Shown here: positions 37,664 through 50,860 of the stretch, piece by piece
Position numbering within the stretch: the stretch's first letter is position 1
How the letters are laid out: every line of letters begins with the position of its first letter
NCBI RefSeq assembly: GCF_004010195.1
Contig: NC_057749.1
Location: forward strand, 22,763,886-22,827,885
Length of the DNA stretch: 64,000 nucleotides
Direction of reading: 5' to 3'
DNA from: Chiloscyllium plagiosum
Lineage: Eukaryota
Program-made: the position numbers and the translations under genes
The notes under the pieces: model-generated
Seen by the model: only the letters and a program-made list of their open reading frames with translations
The model's database searches: none
Told to the model about the DNA's origin: nothing

Positions 37664-38300
37664 CACGGTTCATTGGCTTAATGGTTAGCACTGCTGCCTC
37701 CCAGCACCAGGGACCTGGGTTTGATTCTAGCCTCAGGTGATTGCGTGGAGTTTGCACATTCTTTCTGCAACCATGTGGGACTCATCTGGCTTCCTCCCAC
37801 AGTCTGAAGATGTACAGGTTAGGTGAAATTACCATGTTAAATTGCCGATAGTTTCCAGGAATTGGCAGGCAAGATGGGTTAGCCATGAGAAATGCAGGGT
37901 TATAGGGATAAGGTAATGGGGGTGGGACTGGATGGGATGCTCTGAGAATTCCTACAGTGTGGAAACAGGCCCTTCAGCCCAACAAGTCCACACCAACCCT
38001 CAGAGTATCCCACTCAAACCCATACCTCTACATTTACCACTGACTAATGCACCTAACCTACACATCCCTGAATACTATTGGCAATTTAGCATAGCCAATT
38101 CACCTAACCTATACATCTTTGAATTGTGGGAGGAAACCCACACAGACACACTGTACAAACTCCACACGGACAGTCGCCCAAGGCTGGAATCAAAACTGGG
38201 TCCCCGTGCTGTGAGGCAGCAGTGCTTACCACTAAGCCACCATGTGTTGATGTGAACTCAATGGGCTGAATAACCTGCTTCCACATTGTAGCACCTGCGA
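37664..38300 (+). mobile_element. HE1 SINE with an oppositely oriented HE1 (~37946-38245) nested in its tail
   Basis: Host breaks at gggatgctct and resumes at tgtgaactcaatgggctgaa. Confidence 0.85.
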
Positions 38301-38309
38301 TTCTTTTTG

Positions 38310-39118
38310 TCCTTAACATTCAATGATGTTACCATTGCTGAATCCTCCACTTCCAGCATCTAAGGTCCTATTGACTAGAAATTGTACTGGACCATCCAAA
38401 TAAATACTGTGGTGACAAGTCAGAGTTAGGAATTCTGCCCCAAGTAACTTCCTTCCTGACTTTCAAAGCCAGTCCACCATTTACAAATCCCAATGCAGCA
38501 GTGTGTGGAATGCACTCCACTTGCCTGGATGAGCAAAGCATCAGGAATTCTCAAGAAGCTTGACACCTTTTTCAGGTAAAATAGTCCTACTCTTAGACAC
38601 TCCATGAGCCACCTTAATCTTTCCCTCCTGCACAGTAGCAGCAGTGTGCACCATCTACAAGATGCATGGCGACAACTCATCAAGGCTCCCTTGAGAGCAC
38701 TTTCCAAACTGAAGTTGAACAGGCTGGGGCTGTTTTCCCTGGAGCTTCGGAGGCTGAGGGGTGCCGTTATAGAGGTTTATAATACCATGAGGAGCATGGA
38801 TAGGGTAAATAGACATTGTCTTTTCCCTGGGGTGGGGGAGTCCGGAACTAGAGGGCATAGGTTTAGGATGAGAGGGGAAAGATTTCAAAGGGACTTAAGC
38901 GACAATGTTTTCACGCATAGAGTGGTGCCTGTATTGAATGAGCTGCCACAGGAAGTGGTGGAGGCTGGTACAATTACAATGTTTAAAGGGCATCTGGATG
39001 GGTATATGAATGTGGGCCAAATGCTGGCAATTGAAACCAGATTGGTTTAGGATATCTGATTGGCATGGATGAGTGGGACGGAAGGATCTGTTTCCATGCT
39101 GTACATCTCTATGACTGT
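38310..39118 (+). mobile_element. Second-family LINE fragment (to ~38710) followed by a CR1/HER1 3' fragment
   Basis: tggaatgcactccacttgcctggatgag; LNRLGLFSLELRRLRG...TRGHRF. Confidence 0.88.
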
Positions 39119-39269
39119 AAAACCACCATCTTGGTGCTATCCAATTCTATCACCTCAGGATATTTCAGGATATTTCTCATACCATGCCTTCAGAATAGCC
39201 TTTACATGTTATGAGATCACAGATTAATAAACGCCTTGTCAGACTTCATATCTGAACTAGAGCATAAAG

Positions 39270-39770
39270 CATACAATCATGTATGGAAACAAACCCTTTG
39301 GTACAACTCATCCTTAACAACCAGATATCCTAAATTAATCTAGTTCCATTTGCCAGCATTTGGCCCATATCCCTCTAAACCCCTGCTATTCATATATCCA
39401 TCCAGGTACCTTTTAAATGTTGTAATTGTACCAGCCTCCACCACTTCCTCTGGCAGCTCATTCCATACATGCACCAACCTCTGCGTGAAAAAGTTGCCCC
39501 TTAGGTCCCTTTTAAATCTGCCCTCTCTCACCATAAACCTATGCCCTCTAGTTTTGGACTCACCCACCCCAGGGAAAAGACCTTGACTATTCACCCTATC
39601 CATGCCCCCCCATGATTTTATAAACCTCTATAAGGTCACCCCTCAGCCTCCAATGCTCCAGGGAAAACAGCCCCATCCTCTCCCTATAGCTCAAACCCTC
39701 CAACCCTGGCAACATCCTTGTAAATCTTTTCTGCATCCTTTCAAGTTTCACAACAGCTTTCCTACAGCGG
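39270..39770 (-). mobile_element. CR1/HER1 3' fragment
   Basis: ORF 39340-39603: SKTRGHRF...FFTQRLVHVWNELPEEVV. Confidence 0.93.
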
Positions 39771-40439
39771 AGAGCAGTTGAGCCAATACAATGTAATTAC
39801 ACTTCAATAGTGTTTTCAACTGTAAAGGATTTAAGGATATCCTGAAAAGTATAAAGAAATAAATACAGGCTCTTTTCTCCATCTCGCGGTAAATTATATT
39901 TAATTATCACATTACACCTTGTCCCTCAGTTTTTCTTAGATTAAACCTATCTAAGATTAAATTAATTTCAAAGTATGTACCCGATTTGTCATAAAGAATT
40001 GAGGTTAAGATTAGAGAGGTGGTAATAGTCACAAAGAAGTATAAATGGGGAATTATGAGATTTATTCTCAATTAAAGTCATTTTCTGTCTGTTTTTTATT
40101 TAATGGATGAATGTGAATAGTAGGATGCACAGTGGGAGGGTTAAGCTCCACAATGCTGCTGAGTTTGAAAATGCCAAAGATTCAATTAAAATTAATCACG
40201 ACCAGGACTAACAAGTGTTGTCATTCAGCTCACTGACATCATCCATCGAGATCAATTGCCCCGGCCAATAACTTGAGATTTTGTTGACACACAAATGTAT
40301 AAGGACAATACTTGGGGAAAAAAAATCAAAATGGATAAAACAGTCAAAGGTGCATACATCACTGAGCTATGCCTCTCTCCAGCAGCACAAGTTGGGTAAC
40401 CCAGCCAAAATGGGAGGTAATGGTCTACTGGCATTTTCA

Positions 40440-40720
40440 TGGGACTGTTAATCCACAGCAGATGGTGAAATTCGAATTCAATAAACATCTGGAATTAACT
40501 ATCTAATGATGAGCTGTCATCAATTGTTTAGTTTCAACAGAATTTAGTATTGACTGTCAGGAAAATCCCACCTGGGACACTAATGTCCTTTAGGGAAGAC
40601 ATTTTACCTGGATTGACCTGCACGTGACTCCAGACCCACCGCAATTGACTGCCCTCTGGGATGGGTAAAACAATGGCCAAGGAAGTGATACGCACTTCCC
40701 GCAAATGAATTTTAAAAAAA
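40440..40720 (+). mobile_element. tRNA-derived SINE family B
   Basis: ggactgttaatcca...cactaatgtcctttagggaag...gactccagaccca. Confidence 0.8.
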
Positions 40721-40899
40721 ACTACTTGCATTCATAACAGTGCTTTTCAGTTGACTCATCTACTACTTTTTGTTGCATTAGTTCAAGAATAGTTGAGTCA
40801 CAATACGAAGCCAGAAGAGCCTCAGCAGGACAAAACAGATGGTTAGTGGACTTTTCCAAATTTTTCTGAAGTATACATCTGTTGTTTTGGAAGTATTGT

Positions 40900-41795
40900 C
40901 GAGTTATAGAGATGTATAGCACGGAAACACAACCTTTGGTCCAACTTGTCCATACTGATCAGATATCATAAATTAATCCAGTCCCTGTTGCCAGCATTTG
41001 GCCTATTTCCTTCTAAACTCTTCCTATTCATGTACCCATCCAGATCCCTTTTAAATGTTATAATTGTACCAGCCTCCACCACTTCCTCTGGCAGCTCATT
41101 CCATACACATACCACCCTCTGTCAAAAGCTTGCCCCTTAGGTCCCATTTAAATCTTTCCTCTCTCACCTTAAACCTATGCCCTCTACTTTTGGATTTCCC
41201 TACCCTGGGGAAAAGACCTTGTCTATTCACCCTATCAATGTCCCTCATGATTTTATAAACTTCCATACGGTCACCCCTCAGCCTCCAACGCTCCAGGGAA
41301 AACAGCCCCAGCCTATGCAGCCTCTCCGTGTAGCTCAAACCCTCCAAACCTTCCTTGTCAATCTTTTCTGAACCCTTTCAAGTTACACAATATCCTTCCT
41401 ACAGCGGGGAGACCAGAACTTAACACAGTAGATCAATGCTTCTTGAAACTTACAGAATAGTGAGAGGCTTGGATAGAGTGGAGAAAATGTCTCCACTAGG
41501 AGAAGAGACCAGGGCCTGAGGGCACAGTCTCAGAGTGAAAGGAAACACCTTAGAACTGAGATGAGGAGGAATTTTTTCAGCTGGATGTTGGTGAATCTAT
41601 GGACCTCATTGCGGCCAAAGGCTGTAGAGGCCAAGTCACAGAGATAGGAAGGTCCTTGATTGGTAAAGGGTATCAAGGGTTACGGGGAGAAGGCAGGAGA
41701 ATAGGGTTGAGAAACCTATCAGCCCTGATCCATTGGCGGAGCAGACTCGATGGGCTGAATGGTCTAATGCTGCTCCTCTACCTTATGGTCTTATA
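40900..41795. mobile_element. Two CR1 3' fragments, head to head (minus ~40900-41430, plus ~41445-41795)
   Basis: LGLFSLERWRLRGD motif; tails at both outer ends. Confidence 0.88.
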
Positions 41796-41834
41796 GCCAG
41801 CTGGAAAGGATCATGTAGAACCCGAAGGAGATTT

Positions 41835-42160
41835 CTCAACTGGCAAACAACTTACAGGTAGGTTTTAAGGAGTGTCTCGGAGGAGGAGAGACAGGTGGAT
41901 GGAAAGATGTAGGGAGGAATCTCCAGAGGCTTGGGGCCTGGTAGGCTGAGGCTGGAACCCTGATGGTGAAGAAACAAAAATCGGGCCAGCATTGGCAGAG
42001 CACAGATATCTTGGAGCGGGAAGACTTGTGAGGACAATGTGGGGTGACAGCCATTGGCTAATTTGAAAACGAGGATGAGAATTTCAAAAGCCACAGTGAA
42101 TTTATAGGCAGGGGGATAATGTACAATAATGACTGGCACATGAATCGTATGGGGGTTTAT
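41835..42160 (-). mobile_element. L2 LINE ORF2 C-terminal remnant
   Basis: FEILILVFKLANG...GPKPL...LLKTYL resembles L2 FKILLL.FK.L.G...LKT.LF. Confidence 0.7.
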
Positions 42161-42264
42161 ACAGAGGATCAATGAGGAGAATGTGCTCAAAGCAAGCAAT
42201 TGATTTAGACAGAAGAAGAAATGGGAAAAAGACAATAGTTGCAGAAATTAGTGTATTCCTCATT

Positions 42265-42806
42265 TTCTTCAGGCAGCTGAGGAAATTTGGCATGATGGTG
42301 AATATCCTTGCCAATTTTTATACGTGCGCCATCGAGAGCATTCTGTCTAGATGTATCACTATCTGTTATGGCAACTGTACCATTCAAGATCGGAGACGGT
42401 TACAGAGAGTGGGTGAACTCGGCCCAGACAATCACAAAGGCCAACCTCCCATCTACAGAATCCATCTACCAGGCCCACTGTCAAGGAAAGGCCGCCAGCA
42501 TTCTCAAAGATCCATCCCACCCTGGCAATGCTTTTCTACAACCTCTACCATCGGGGAGAAGGTACAGAAGCCTGAACACATGCACCAGCCGGTTTCGTTA
42601 CTGTTTCTACCCAACTGTTGTTAGAATACTGAATGGACTCACAAACTCTTACCATTCGCCTATACCTGTGTTTTTGTTTTTGCCGCTGTTAACCTATTAT
42701 TTACTATCTATGCTATTTAACTATGTGATCTGCCTGTATTGCTCGCAAGACAAAGCTTTCCACTGTGCCTCGGTACACGTGACAATAAATTCAATTCAAT
42801 TCAATT
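42265..42806 (+). mobile_element. Rex1/Babar 3' fragment
   Basis: Near-identical (inverted) to 22022-22560; (aattc)n tail. Confidence 0.95.
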
Positions 42807-42954
42807 TTCTGCTATCTAACACAATCCTCTAAAATGCAGAAATACTGCTATGAATAATTTAACACAAGCCTAAATTAAATTGGAAATGTCAGAATCTTCA
42901 TCAGGTTTTTTCATCGCACAGAGATTTCCTCTTGATGAGTAACATTGAGCCACT

Positions 42955-43525
42955 TCCACACACACCCACACCTGCACAAACACACACCTGCACCCACACA
43001 CACACACACATACTGACACATACACCCACACCCACACATACCGACACACACATTCACACCCACACACAGACCCACACCAACACCCACCCACACACACACC
43101 NNNNNNNNNNNNNNNNNNNNNNNNNNNNNNNNNNNNNNNNNNNNNNNNNNNNNNNNNNNNNNNNNNNNNNNNNNNNNNNNNNNNNNNNNNNNNNNNNNNN
43201 NNNNNNNNNNNNNNNNNNNNNNNNNNNNNNNNNNNNNNNNNNNNNNNNNNNNNNNNNNNNNNNNNNNNNNNNNNNNNNNNNNNNNNNNNNNNNNNNNNNN
43301 NNNNNNNNNNNNNNNNNNNNNNNNNNNNNNNNNNNNNNNNNNNNNNNNNNNNNNNNNNNNNNNNNNNNNNNNNNNNNNNNNNNNACACACACACACTCAC
43401 ACACCTACACACACACACCCACACACACACAGACACACACACAGACACACCCACACCCACACACACACAGACACACACACTTATACACACACAATCACAC
43501 CCACCCACATACAGACACACACATA
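42955..43525 (+). repeat. Imperfect (CA)n microsatellite spanning an assembly gap (43101-43384)
   Basis: Read directly. Confidence 0.97.
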
Positions 43526-43549
43526 TTCTCCTTTTGAAAGGCTCAGTTA

Positions 43550-43845
43550 AGAGTCATAGAGTCATAGTGATGTACAGCACGGAAACAGATTCTTTGGTCC
43601 AACTTGTCCATGCCGACCAGATATCCTAACCTAATCTACTCCCGTTTGACAGCATTTGGCCCATATCCCTCTAAAACCTTCCTATTCATATGCCCATCCA
43701 GATGCCTTTTAAATGCTGTAATGTATCAGTCTCCACCACTTCCTCTGGCACCTCATTCCATACACGCACCACCTTCTGCGTGAAATAGTTGTCGCTTAGG
43801 TCCCTTTTATGTCTTTCCCCTCTCACCCTAAAGCTGTGCCCTCGA
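43550..43845 (-). mobile_element. CR1/HER1 3' fragment
   Basis: (agagtcat)n tail. Confidence 0.92.
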
Positions 43846-44382
43846 GTCCAATGAAATGTGAATGATGTTATTTCAACAAACCATTCTGTGATTGAGATTT
43901 TGGAACACTTGAGACAACGGAAAGTAAAATGTAAGCATTCGAAAAGAAAATGTCAAAAAAAATTATATTAAAGGCTAACGGGAGTTGATGCGGCAAATCC
44001 AGCCAATTCTTCGGAACTAAAGGACGTTATTCTGACAATGTTTTCCTTGTGTCTCTCAATTCCTGCTGGGTTATATTGCACAGCGCTGGCAATCCTTGAG
44101 TATTGCACTTACAATTTGTTACTGAGTGTCAGTAAATATCACAGCTTTGTGACACACAATTCCACATTCCGTGGAGAAATATTCCATCGCATCACTTTCG
44201 CTTCATTCCAATATTTTCTTAAAAATATACCCTCCAATCTTCCAATGTGGAAGCGAAGTATCACTATGTATATTGTCATAATCTTGCAATATTCTGAGGT
44301 AGAAAAACCTCCAACTCCTCAATAGGTGTCCAAAATTGTAACTGTTCACCTCCCCATCAACCAAGTGACTTTGTAATGCATG

Positions 44383-44945
44383 TGGGGAGATGCTGGTCCA
44401 ATTGTATTATCGCTGGGCTGTTAATCCAGAGATCCAGGTAATATCCTGGGGAGAAAGTGAGGTCTGCAGATGCTGGAGATCAGAGCTGAAAATGTGTTGC
44501 TGGAAAAGCGCAGCAGATCAGGCAGCATCCAGGGAACAGGAGAATCGACGAAGGGCTTATGCCCGAAACGTCGATTCTCCTGTTCCGTGGATGCTGCCTG
44601 ACCTGCTGCGCTTTTCCAGCAACACATTTTTAATATCCTGGGGACCCAGGTTTGAACCTCGCTGTGGCAGATGGTGAAATGTGAATTCAATAAAAATCTG
44701 AAAGTAAGAGTCTAATTAATCCATTGTTGATTGTGTAACTACTGTCAATTGTTTGTTCTATTAAAAACAACATCATGTTCACTAATGTCCTTTAGAGAAG
44801 GAAACTGCCATCCTTACCTGGTCTGGTCTCCATGTGACTCCAGACGCACAGCAATGTGGTTGACTCTTAACTATCCTCTGGGCAGTTGGGGATGAGCAAT
44901 AAATGTTGGCCTAGCCAGTGAAGCCCTTATCCCAAGAATGAATTT
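44383..44945 (+). mobile_element. SINE family B, full length, hosting a PLE fold-back element (44453-44630)
   Basis: Perfect 14-bp TSD taatatcctgggga at 44439-44452 and 44631-44644. Confidence 0.92.
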
Positions 44946-45042
44946 TAGATGAATGTTTTTTATATCATTCCTGAACTTTGAAATGTCCACAATATACCTG
45001 AGGCCTAACTGAGATGTTGTCGAAGGGTTCTGTCACCTCAAG

Positions 45043-45161
45043 GGGGAGGAAGTGATGACTGCAGATGCTGGAGATCAGAGTTGAGAGTGTGGTGCTGGAA
45101 AAGCACAGTGGGTCAGGCAGTATACGAGGAGCAGGAGAATCAATGTTTCGGGCATGAGCCC
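45043..45161 (-). mobile_element. PLE pLTR single arm
   Basis: gactgcagatgctggagatcagag...gtttcgggcatgagccc. Confidence 0.85.
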
Positions 45162-45539
45162 AATAGGGTTTGGTTAGCTCAGTTGGTTGGTTAGTGATGC
45201 TATCAGTGTGGTTCAATTCCCACACAGCTAAGGTTACCATGAAGAACTCTCCTTCTCAACCTGTCCCCTTGCCTGAGGCATGGTGACCCTCAGGTTAAAC
45301 CACCACTAGTCAACTCTCTATTTAATGATAGAACAACCTTCCAACCCAATAGTATCATAGAAGCCTTACCCATCACAATGTGTCTCCTGGTTCAGAACCA
45401 ATAACTAAGCTTGTGTGTGTGTTTTTCATGGCTTATCTGCTTATGCTATTACCTGTAAATTTTCTGTAAGATTCTGCCTGACCAATCTCTTGGACATTTT
45501 GTGAAGGACTCTCCGATGAGCAGAGAGTCCAAATCCAGA

Positions 45540-46480
45540 GTTTGCAGTCTAAGGATACAAAGGAGGACATTTAGAATTGAGATGAGAAGTTTCTTCACTC
45601 AGCCAGTGGTGAACCTGTGGCGTTCTCTGCCACAGAAAGTGGTTGACACCAGAACATTGTAGGCTTTCAAGAAAGGGTTAGGTATAGTTCGTAGGGCTGA
45701 AGGGATTAAAAGGGTGAAAGCAGGAACGGCGGACTGAATAAGATGATCAGCCATGATAATATTGAATAGTGGAGCAGGCTCAAAGGGCTGAATGGCCTAC
45801 TTTATATGTTTTTGAGGAAGCAACATCACAAGAGCGAGGAGGATTGGAGATTGTTTACGGTGAGTCATTGGGTATGATAAGCATTGAGTATAGGAGTTGG
45901 GAGGTCATGTTGTGACTGTACAGGATGTTGATTAGGCCAATTTTTCGAATACTGCACGCAGTTCTGTTCTCCCTCCTACAGGAAAGATGTTGTGAGACTT
46001 GAAAGGGTTCAGAAAAGATTTACAAGGATGTTGCCAGTGTTGGAGGGTTTGAGTGAGAGGGAGAGGCTGAACAGGCTGGGGCTGTTTTCCCTGGAGCGTG
46101 GAAGGCTGAGGGGTGAACTTATAGAGGTTTATAAAACAATGAGGGGCATGGATAGGATAAATAGACAAGGTCTTTTCCACAGGGTATGGGAGTCCAAAAC
46201 TAGAGGGCATAGGTTGAAGGTGAGAGGGGAAAAATATAAAAGGGACCTGACGGGCAATGTGTTCACCTTGAGGGTGGTGTGTGTATGGAATGAGTTGCCA
46301 GAGGAAGCTGGTACAATTACAACATTTAAACAGCTTCGGGATGAATATATGAACAGGAAGTGTTTCGAGGGATATTGTGGTCAAATGCTGGGAAATGGGA
46401 TTGGATTCATTTCAGATCTCTGGTCAGCATGGATAAGTTGGGCTGAAGGGTCTGTTTCCGTGCTAACTAACTCCATGAGC
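45540..46480 (+). mobile_element. Two consecutive CR1 3' fragments (~45540-45810 and ~45880-46480)
   Basis: LERVQKRFTRMLP...LGLFSLE...TRGHRLKV...WNELPEE. Confidence 0.92.
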
Positions 46481-46746
46481 TTAAATGAGCTCAAAGAAAT
46501 TGAGGAAAAATCAAACCTAGTGCACTGCTTTCCTGGTCTAACCAGACCTTATGGCAGAGAAGTTTTCTCTTGGTGTTGGTGAGCAGGGCCTTTATAATCT
46601 TCTCCACGTGGAATGCTGTAATGTTTCTCCTCCCACTATATTCTCTCTTCTGTTTCTCTGCTGTTAGTTGAGGCAGTCATGGTCAGGCTAAAACTGAGCT
46701 TAAGACCTTTGAAAGTTCAGCTGGGATCCTGTTGGAGATGGTCAAA

Positions 46747-47047
46747 GAATCCTTACTGTGTGGAAAAAAGGCCCTTCAGCCCAACAATTCCACACCAACC
46801 CTCCGAAAAGTAACCCACCCAGACCTATTCCCCTACATATTTACCCCTGACGAATGCACTTATCCTGCATACTATGGACAATTTAGCATGGCCAATCCAC
46901 ATAACCTGCGCATCTTTGGACTGTGGGAGGAAACCCACACAGACACACGGAGAACATGCAAACTCTACACAGACAGTTGCCCAAGGCTGGAATTGAACCC
47001 GGGTGCTTAGCGCTGTGAGGTAGCAGTGCTGACCATTGAGCCACCAT
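46747..47047 (-). mobile_element. HE1-type V-SINE
   Basis: V-domain and reverse A/B boxes. Confidence 0.9.
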
Positions 47048-47174
47048 GTTTGTCTAATTACAGGTATAGGCCTAATGTGCAGCCAGAGGCTGTTTTCAAC
47101 TCCTGCAGAAAGAGGGGGAGGAGGCTGACAGGATACTTGCTGGAGATTTTTCCTCTGTGAAAGGCTTTTCAGTT

Positions 47175-47480
47175 ACTTAGATTACTTACAGTGTGGAAAC
47201 AGGCCCTTCGTCCCAACAAGTCCACACCGACCCACCGAAGCGTAACCCACCCAGACCCATTCCCCTACACCTAACACTACGGGCAATTTAGCATGGCCAA
47301 TTCACCCTGACCTGCACATTTTTGGACTGTGGGAGGAAACCGGAGCACCCGGAGGAAACCCACGCAGACACGGGGAGAATGTGCAAACTCCACACAGAGA
47401 GTCGTCTGAGGCGAGAATTGAACCCAGGTCTCTGACGCTATGAGGCAGCAGTGCTAACTGCTGTGCTACCGTGCCGCCCA
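47175..47480 (-). mobile_element. HE1-type V-SINE (young, full length)
   Basis: accgtgccgccc 5' end; closely similar to 33287-33575. Confidence 0.95.
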
Positions 47481-47984
47481 TGTGAGTGTTGCTGAACTGA
47501 AGATAATGAACTTGAGCAGATCATATCACGCTCACAACCTATAGATCTGTTTCTGTATCTGCATTCAGGGCCTCCTCCTCGAATACATGAAAATTGTTTC
47601 ATAAGTGCAGCATATCGCCTTAACTGTAAATGATCAAGGACGCAAAGGAACAGAAACCCTCGTGAAAAACCACAGCTGTGGTGTTTTTCAACAAAAGATC
47701 GAAACGGTTGTATGATAAAAATAAAGAGGTCATGTTTTCAGCTACCACAAAGGCTGATAAGAGCTGGAGCATGCAGGCAGTGGATGTGCTAATTTGATTA
47801 ATATTTGTCAAAAACAAAATATTAGCAATACGAATTTATCACGGTAGACTAGGGAAGCAACGGATCAACAAACTGTGTGCGATTTAATCGAGATTGTCTC
47901 CAGAAACCGATGCGTGTATATATTACAATCGTAAAGTGTTCTTATTTGTGTGAAGCAGTTACCTGTTGTTGCCTTTATTCTATT

Positions 47985-48212
47985 CATTCATAACATGCAG
48001 GCGATGACTGGCCAGGGCCAACATTTATTACCCATCCTTAATAGCCCAGATGGCAGTTGGGAGTCAATCACGTTGCTGTGGGTCTGGAGTCACATGTAGG
48101 GACGGTAAGGACAACAGCTTCCTTCCCTGAAGGACATGAGTGATGGGTGGATTTTTCCCGACAATCGACAACAGATTCATGGTCATCATTAGACGCTCAA
48201 TTCCAGATTTTA
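47985..48212 (-). mobile_element. SINE family B
   Basis: gttgctgtgggtctggagtcacatgtagg; ttccttccctgaaggaca. Confidence 0.85.
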
Positions 48213-48286
48213 ACTAGCTTTGTGCTGGTTGCTCGCTTGAATAATTGCTGTGTGGAGTCAGCACTCTGCTGCTCATTGACCGTATT

Positions 48287-48540
48287 TATCATAGAATCCC
48301 TGCAGTGTGGAAGCAGGCTATTCAGTCCATTGAGTCTGCACCAACCCTCCCACCTAGCCCCTTCCCATCTACCCCATCCCTAAAACCCTGCACTTCCCTG
48401 ACACTGTAGGTCATTTCCCATGGTCAATCCACCTAACCTGCACAACTTTGGACTGTGGGAGGAAACTGGAGCACCCGGAGGAAACCCACGCAGACACGGG
48501 GAGAATGTGCAAACTCCACACAGACAGTCCGCCCGAGGGT
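48287..48540 (-). mobile_element. HE1-type V-SINE
   Basis: V-domain. Confidence 0.9.
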
Positions 48541-48712
48541 GTATGAGCAGGGGGCCCAATGCCATGATTTTTGAGGACCAGTTAAAGTTAGTCACTACTC
48601 AAAACTGGATAGTACTTCAAAAGGAGAGGAATATTGTAGCTGGAGCAGGGATGAGGTGGCATCCAGCAAGTGAATCCTATGTCAGGAAAATAAACAGAAT
48701 AGCACTGCACTA

Positions 48713-49045
48713 TTCGACTGGGACAACACACCCATCCTAGGACAAGCCAAACAAAGACACGCACAAGAATTCCTAGAAGCATGGCATTCCAACAACTTTA
48801 TCAACAAACACATCGAGTTAGACCCCACCTATCACCCCCTGCGAAAAGGAACAGGAAGTGACTTCACCACACGAAATAACATCGCCACAGGAAATGACAT
48901 CACCAACCCAAAAAAACCCAAACATATAATAGAGAGCAGGAATTTTCAGCATTGCTTCGCCTGAGGCCCACTGAAGATGTTACCTAGTAGAGTATTGAAA
49001 CATCTGGAAATGAACCTTGCCGCGCAGCGAGCAAACCTACATCCA
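48713..49045 (+). mobile_element. Poseidon-type PLE 3' fragment (sister family of 6852-7502) with decayed hammerhead
   Basis: FDWDNTPILGQAKQRHAQEFLEAWHS..FINKHIELDP; cca-CTGAAGA-T-gttacc...GAAA-ca-TC-tgg at ~48968-49007. Confidence 0.88.
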
Positions 49046-49049
49046 TAAT

Positions 49050-49290
49050 AATATCCTTTCTATAACAGGGTGACCAGAACAGGACACAGTACTCCAGAAG
49101 AGACCTCACCAAAATCCCAACTCCTGTACTTAAAGGTCTAAGCAGCGATGGCAAGCATTCTAAATGCTTTCTTAACCACCGTATCAATGTATGACACAAA
49201 CCTCAAAGAATTATGCACCTGAACCGAGGTCTCTGTGTTCTACAGTACTAGGCAAGGCCATACATTCAATTGCATAAGTCCTGACAAGAC
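49050..49290 (-). mobile_element. CR1 ORF2 fragment
   Basis: LVRSLLEYCVLFWSPCYRKDI. Confidence 0.85.
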
Positions 49291-49483
49291 TCTGAATTGC
49301 CCAAAATGCTAGCCTAGCAAGTGATGCCCAAATCCTGTGAATGAAGAGAAGCAATAGTATGGGAGGCTGTGGATTCTAATGCAGAATGTAGGAACTGTGT
49401 CCACTCTGGGCCAGGTAAGGGCTCAAAAGGTAGTGGCACCAGATAGGCATGGTTGGCAGTGCCAGGTGTCAAACATAGAGGAC

Positions 49484-49668
49484 GTCAAGGTCGAGAGTGT
49501 GGTGCTGAAAAAGCACAGCAGGTCAGGCAGCATCCGAGGAGCAGAAGATGAAGAGCTTATGCCTGAAATGCCGATTTTCCTACTCCTCAGACGCTGCCTG
49601 AGCTGCTGTGCTTTTCCAGCACCACAGTCTCGACTCTGATCTCCGGCATCTGCAGTCCTCACTTACTC
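49484..49668. mobile_element. PLE fold-back mini-element
   Basis: Inverted arms; imperfect direct repeat catagaggac / cacagaggac. Confidence 0.85.
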
Positions 49669-49999
49669 CACAGAGGACCGCAATGCAGTTCCACAGAAAT
49701 ACAATAACTTCACACACGTGGCCAAGGTTAGTGAATGCATCTTCAAATGCCATGTCTTACCAACCGTGCCACCCACCTCAGGCACTGTTCTAATCACAAC
49801 TCCCGCATTACTCACCGAACAGCAATCACCACAACTACCTAAAATCAAGTCTAACATTCACATCCAGCAACTCCCCTTCACAGACTTAGCTACATCTCAC
49901 AGCTTGGGTCAACCACAGGCACATTAGCCAGAAACATTTCACCACACTCAGTGTTCTGCTTCCCCATCTCAGACAGGACAGAATGACATACAATTTCCT

Positions 50000-50217
50000 C
50001 CATTTCCTCCCACAGCTCAAAGGTGTTCAGGTTAGGTGGATTGGCCATGGGAAATTACCCATAGTATCCATGGATATGCAAGCAAGGTGTGTTAGCCATG
50101 GGGAATGGAGGGTGAAAGGGATAGGGGAGCAGGGTGAATCTGGGTGGGATCGCTCTTTGGAGGGTGGGCATGGACGCAACGCCCGAATGGCCTGCTTCAC
50201 ACCATAGGGATTCTATG
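50000..50217 (+). mobile_element. HE1 SINE 3' part
   Basis: tttcctcccacag...caggttaggtggattggccatg...gggattctatg. Confidence 0.88.
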
Positions 50218-50657
50218 GGAAGGCAGTGTGGGTCAGTGCTGGGATACCCATTGCTGAGGCTATGAACAGTCATTTGGCTGGAATAACTGAAGGAGACAAT
50301 ATCCTAAGACATCAGCCTCCTTTTCATTTCCCACATCCCCTGGCCACATGCTCTCGTCTGATACATAACCTGCAAAAACCTCAAAAAAATGATCATCTTA
50401 CCACATCTTCTTGCACCGAAACCGTACACTAGTATCGTTTTTCCATTCAGATACACAAGATCTATAACCTGGCCAAGTGATGGAGTAACATGCTGAAGAC
50501 CCAGCCCCAGCCTTTGGACTTCACACTCACAGCTCCCGGCTCAGACACTGACGCAGTGTGCATGCCCAAGGAGAGACCTGAGTTACACAGTGACCGCAGG
50601 GCAGGCCAGGAAGCGAGGACAGCAAGAGACGGCTTTCCTTAGGGTGAGGTTACACAC

Positions 50658-50860
50658 GAGGCAAAAGTGAGGACTGCAGATGCTGGAAACCAGAGTCTAG
50701 GTTAGGGTGGTGCTGGAGGCCTCCATTCCTGATGAAGGGCTTTTGCCCGAAACGTCGATTTTCCTGCTCCTTAGATGCTGCCTGACCTGCTGTGCTTTTC
50801 CAGCACCATTCTAATCTAGACTCTGGTTTCCAGCATCTGCAGCCCTCACTTTTGCCTGCC
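50658..50860. mobile_element. PLE fold-back mini-element with intact hammerhead core (50725-50760)
   Basis: Arms aggcaaaagtgagg.../...cctcacttttgcct; TSD tgaggttacacac / tgagattacacac. Confidence 0.92.

Noticed and set aside
50533..50643. 111-bp open ag...gt segment
   Set aside because: Weak polypyrimidine tract, unrecognised peptide, expected by chance.
50658..50860. DNA-transposon MITE interpretation of the fold-back elements
   Set aside because: Arms match PLE pLTR sequence, TSD length varies, and centres differ between copies.
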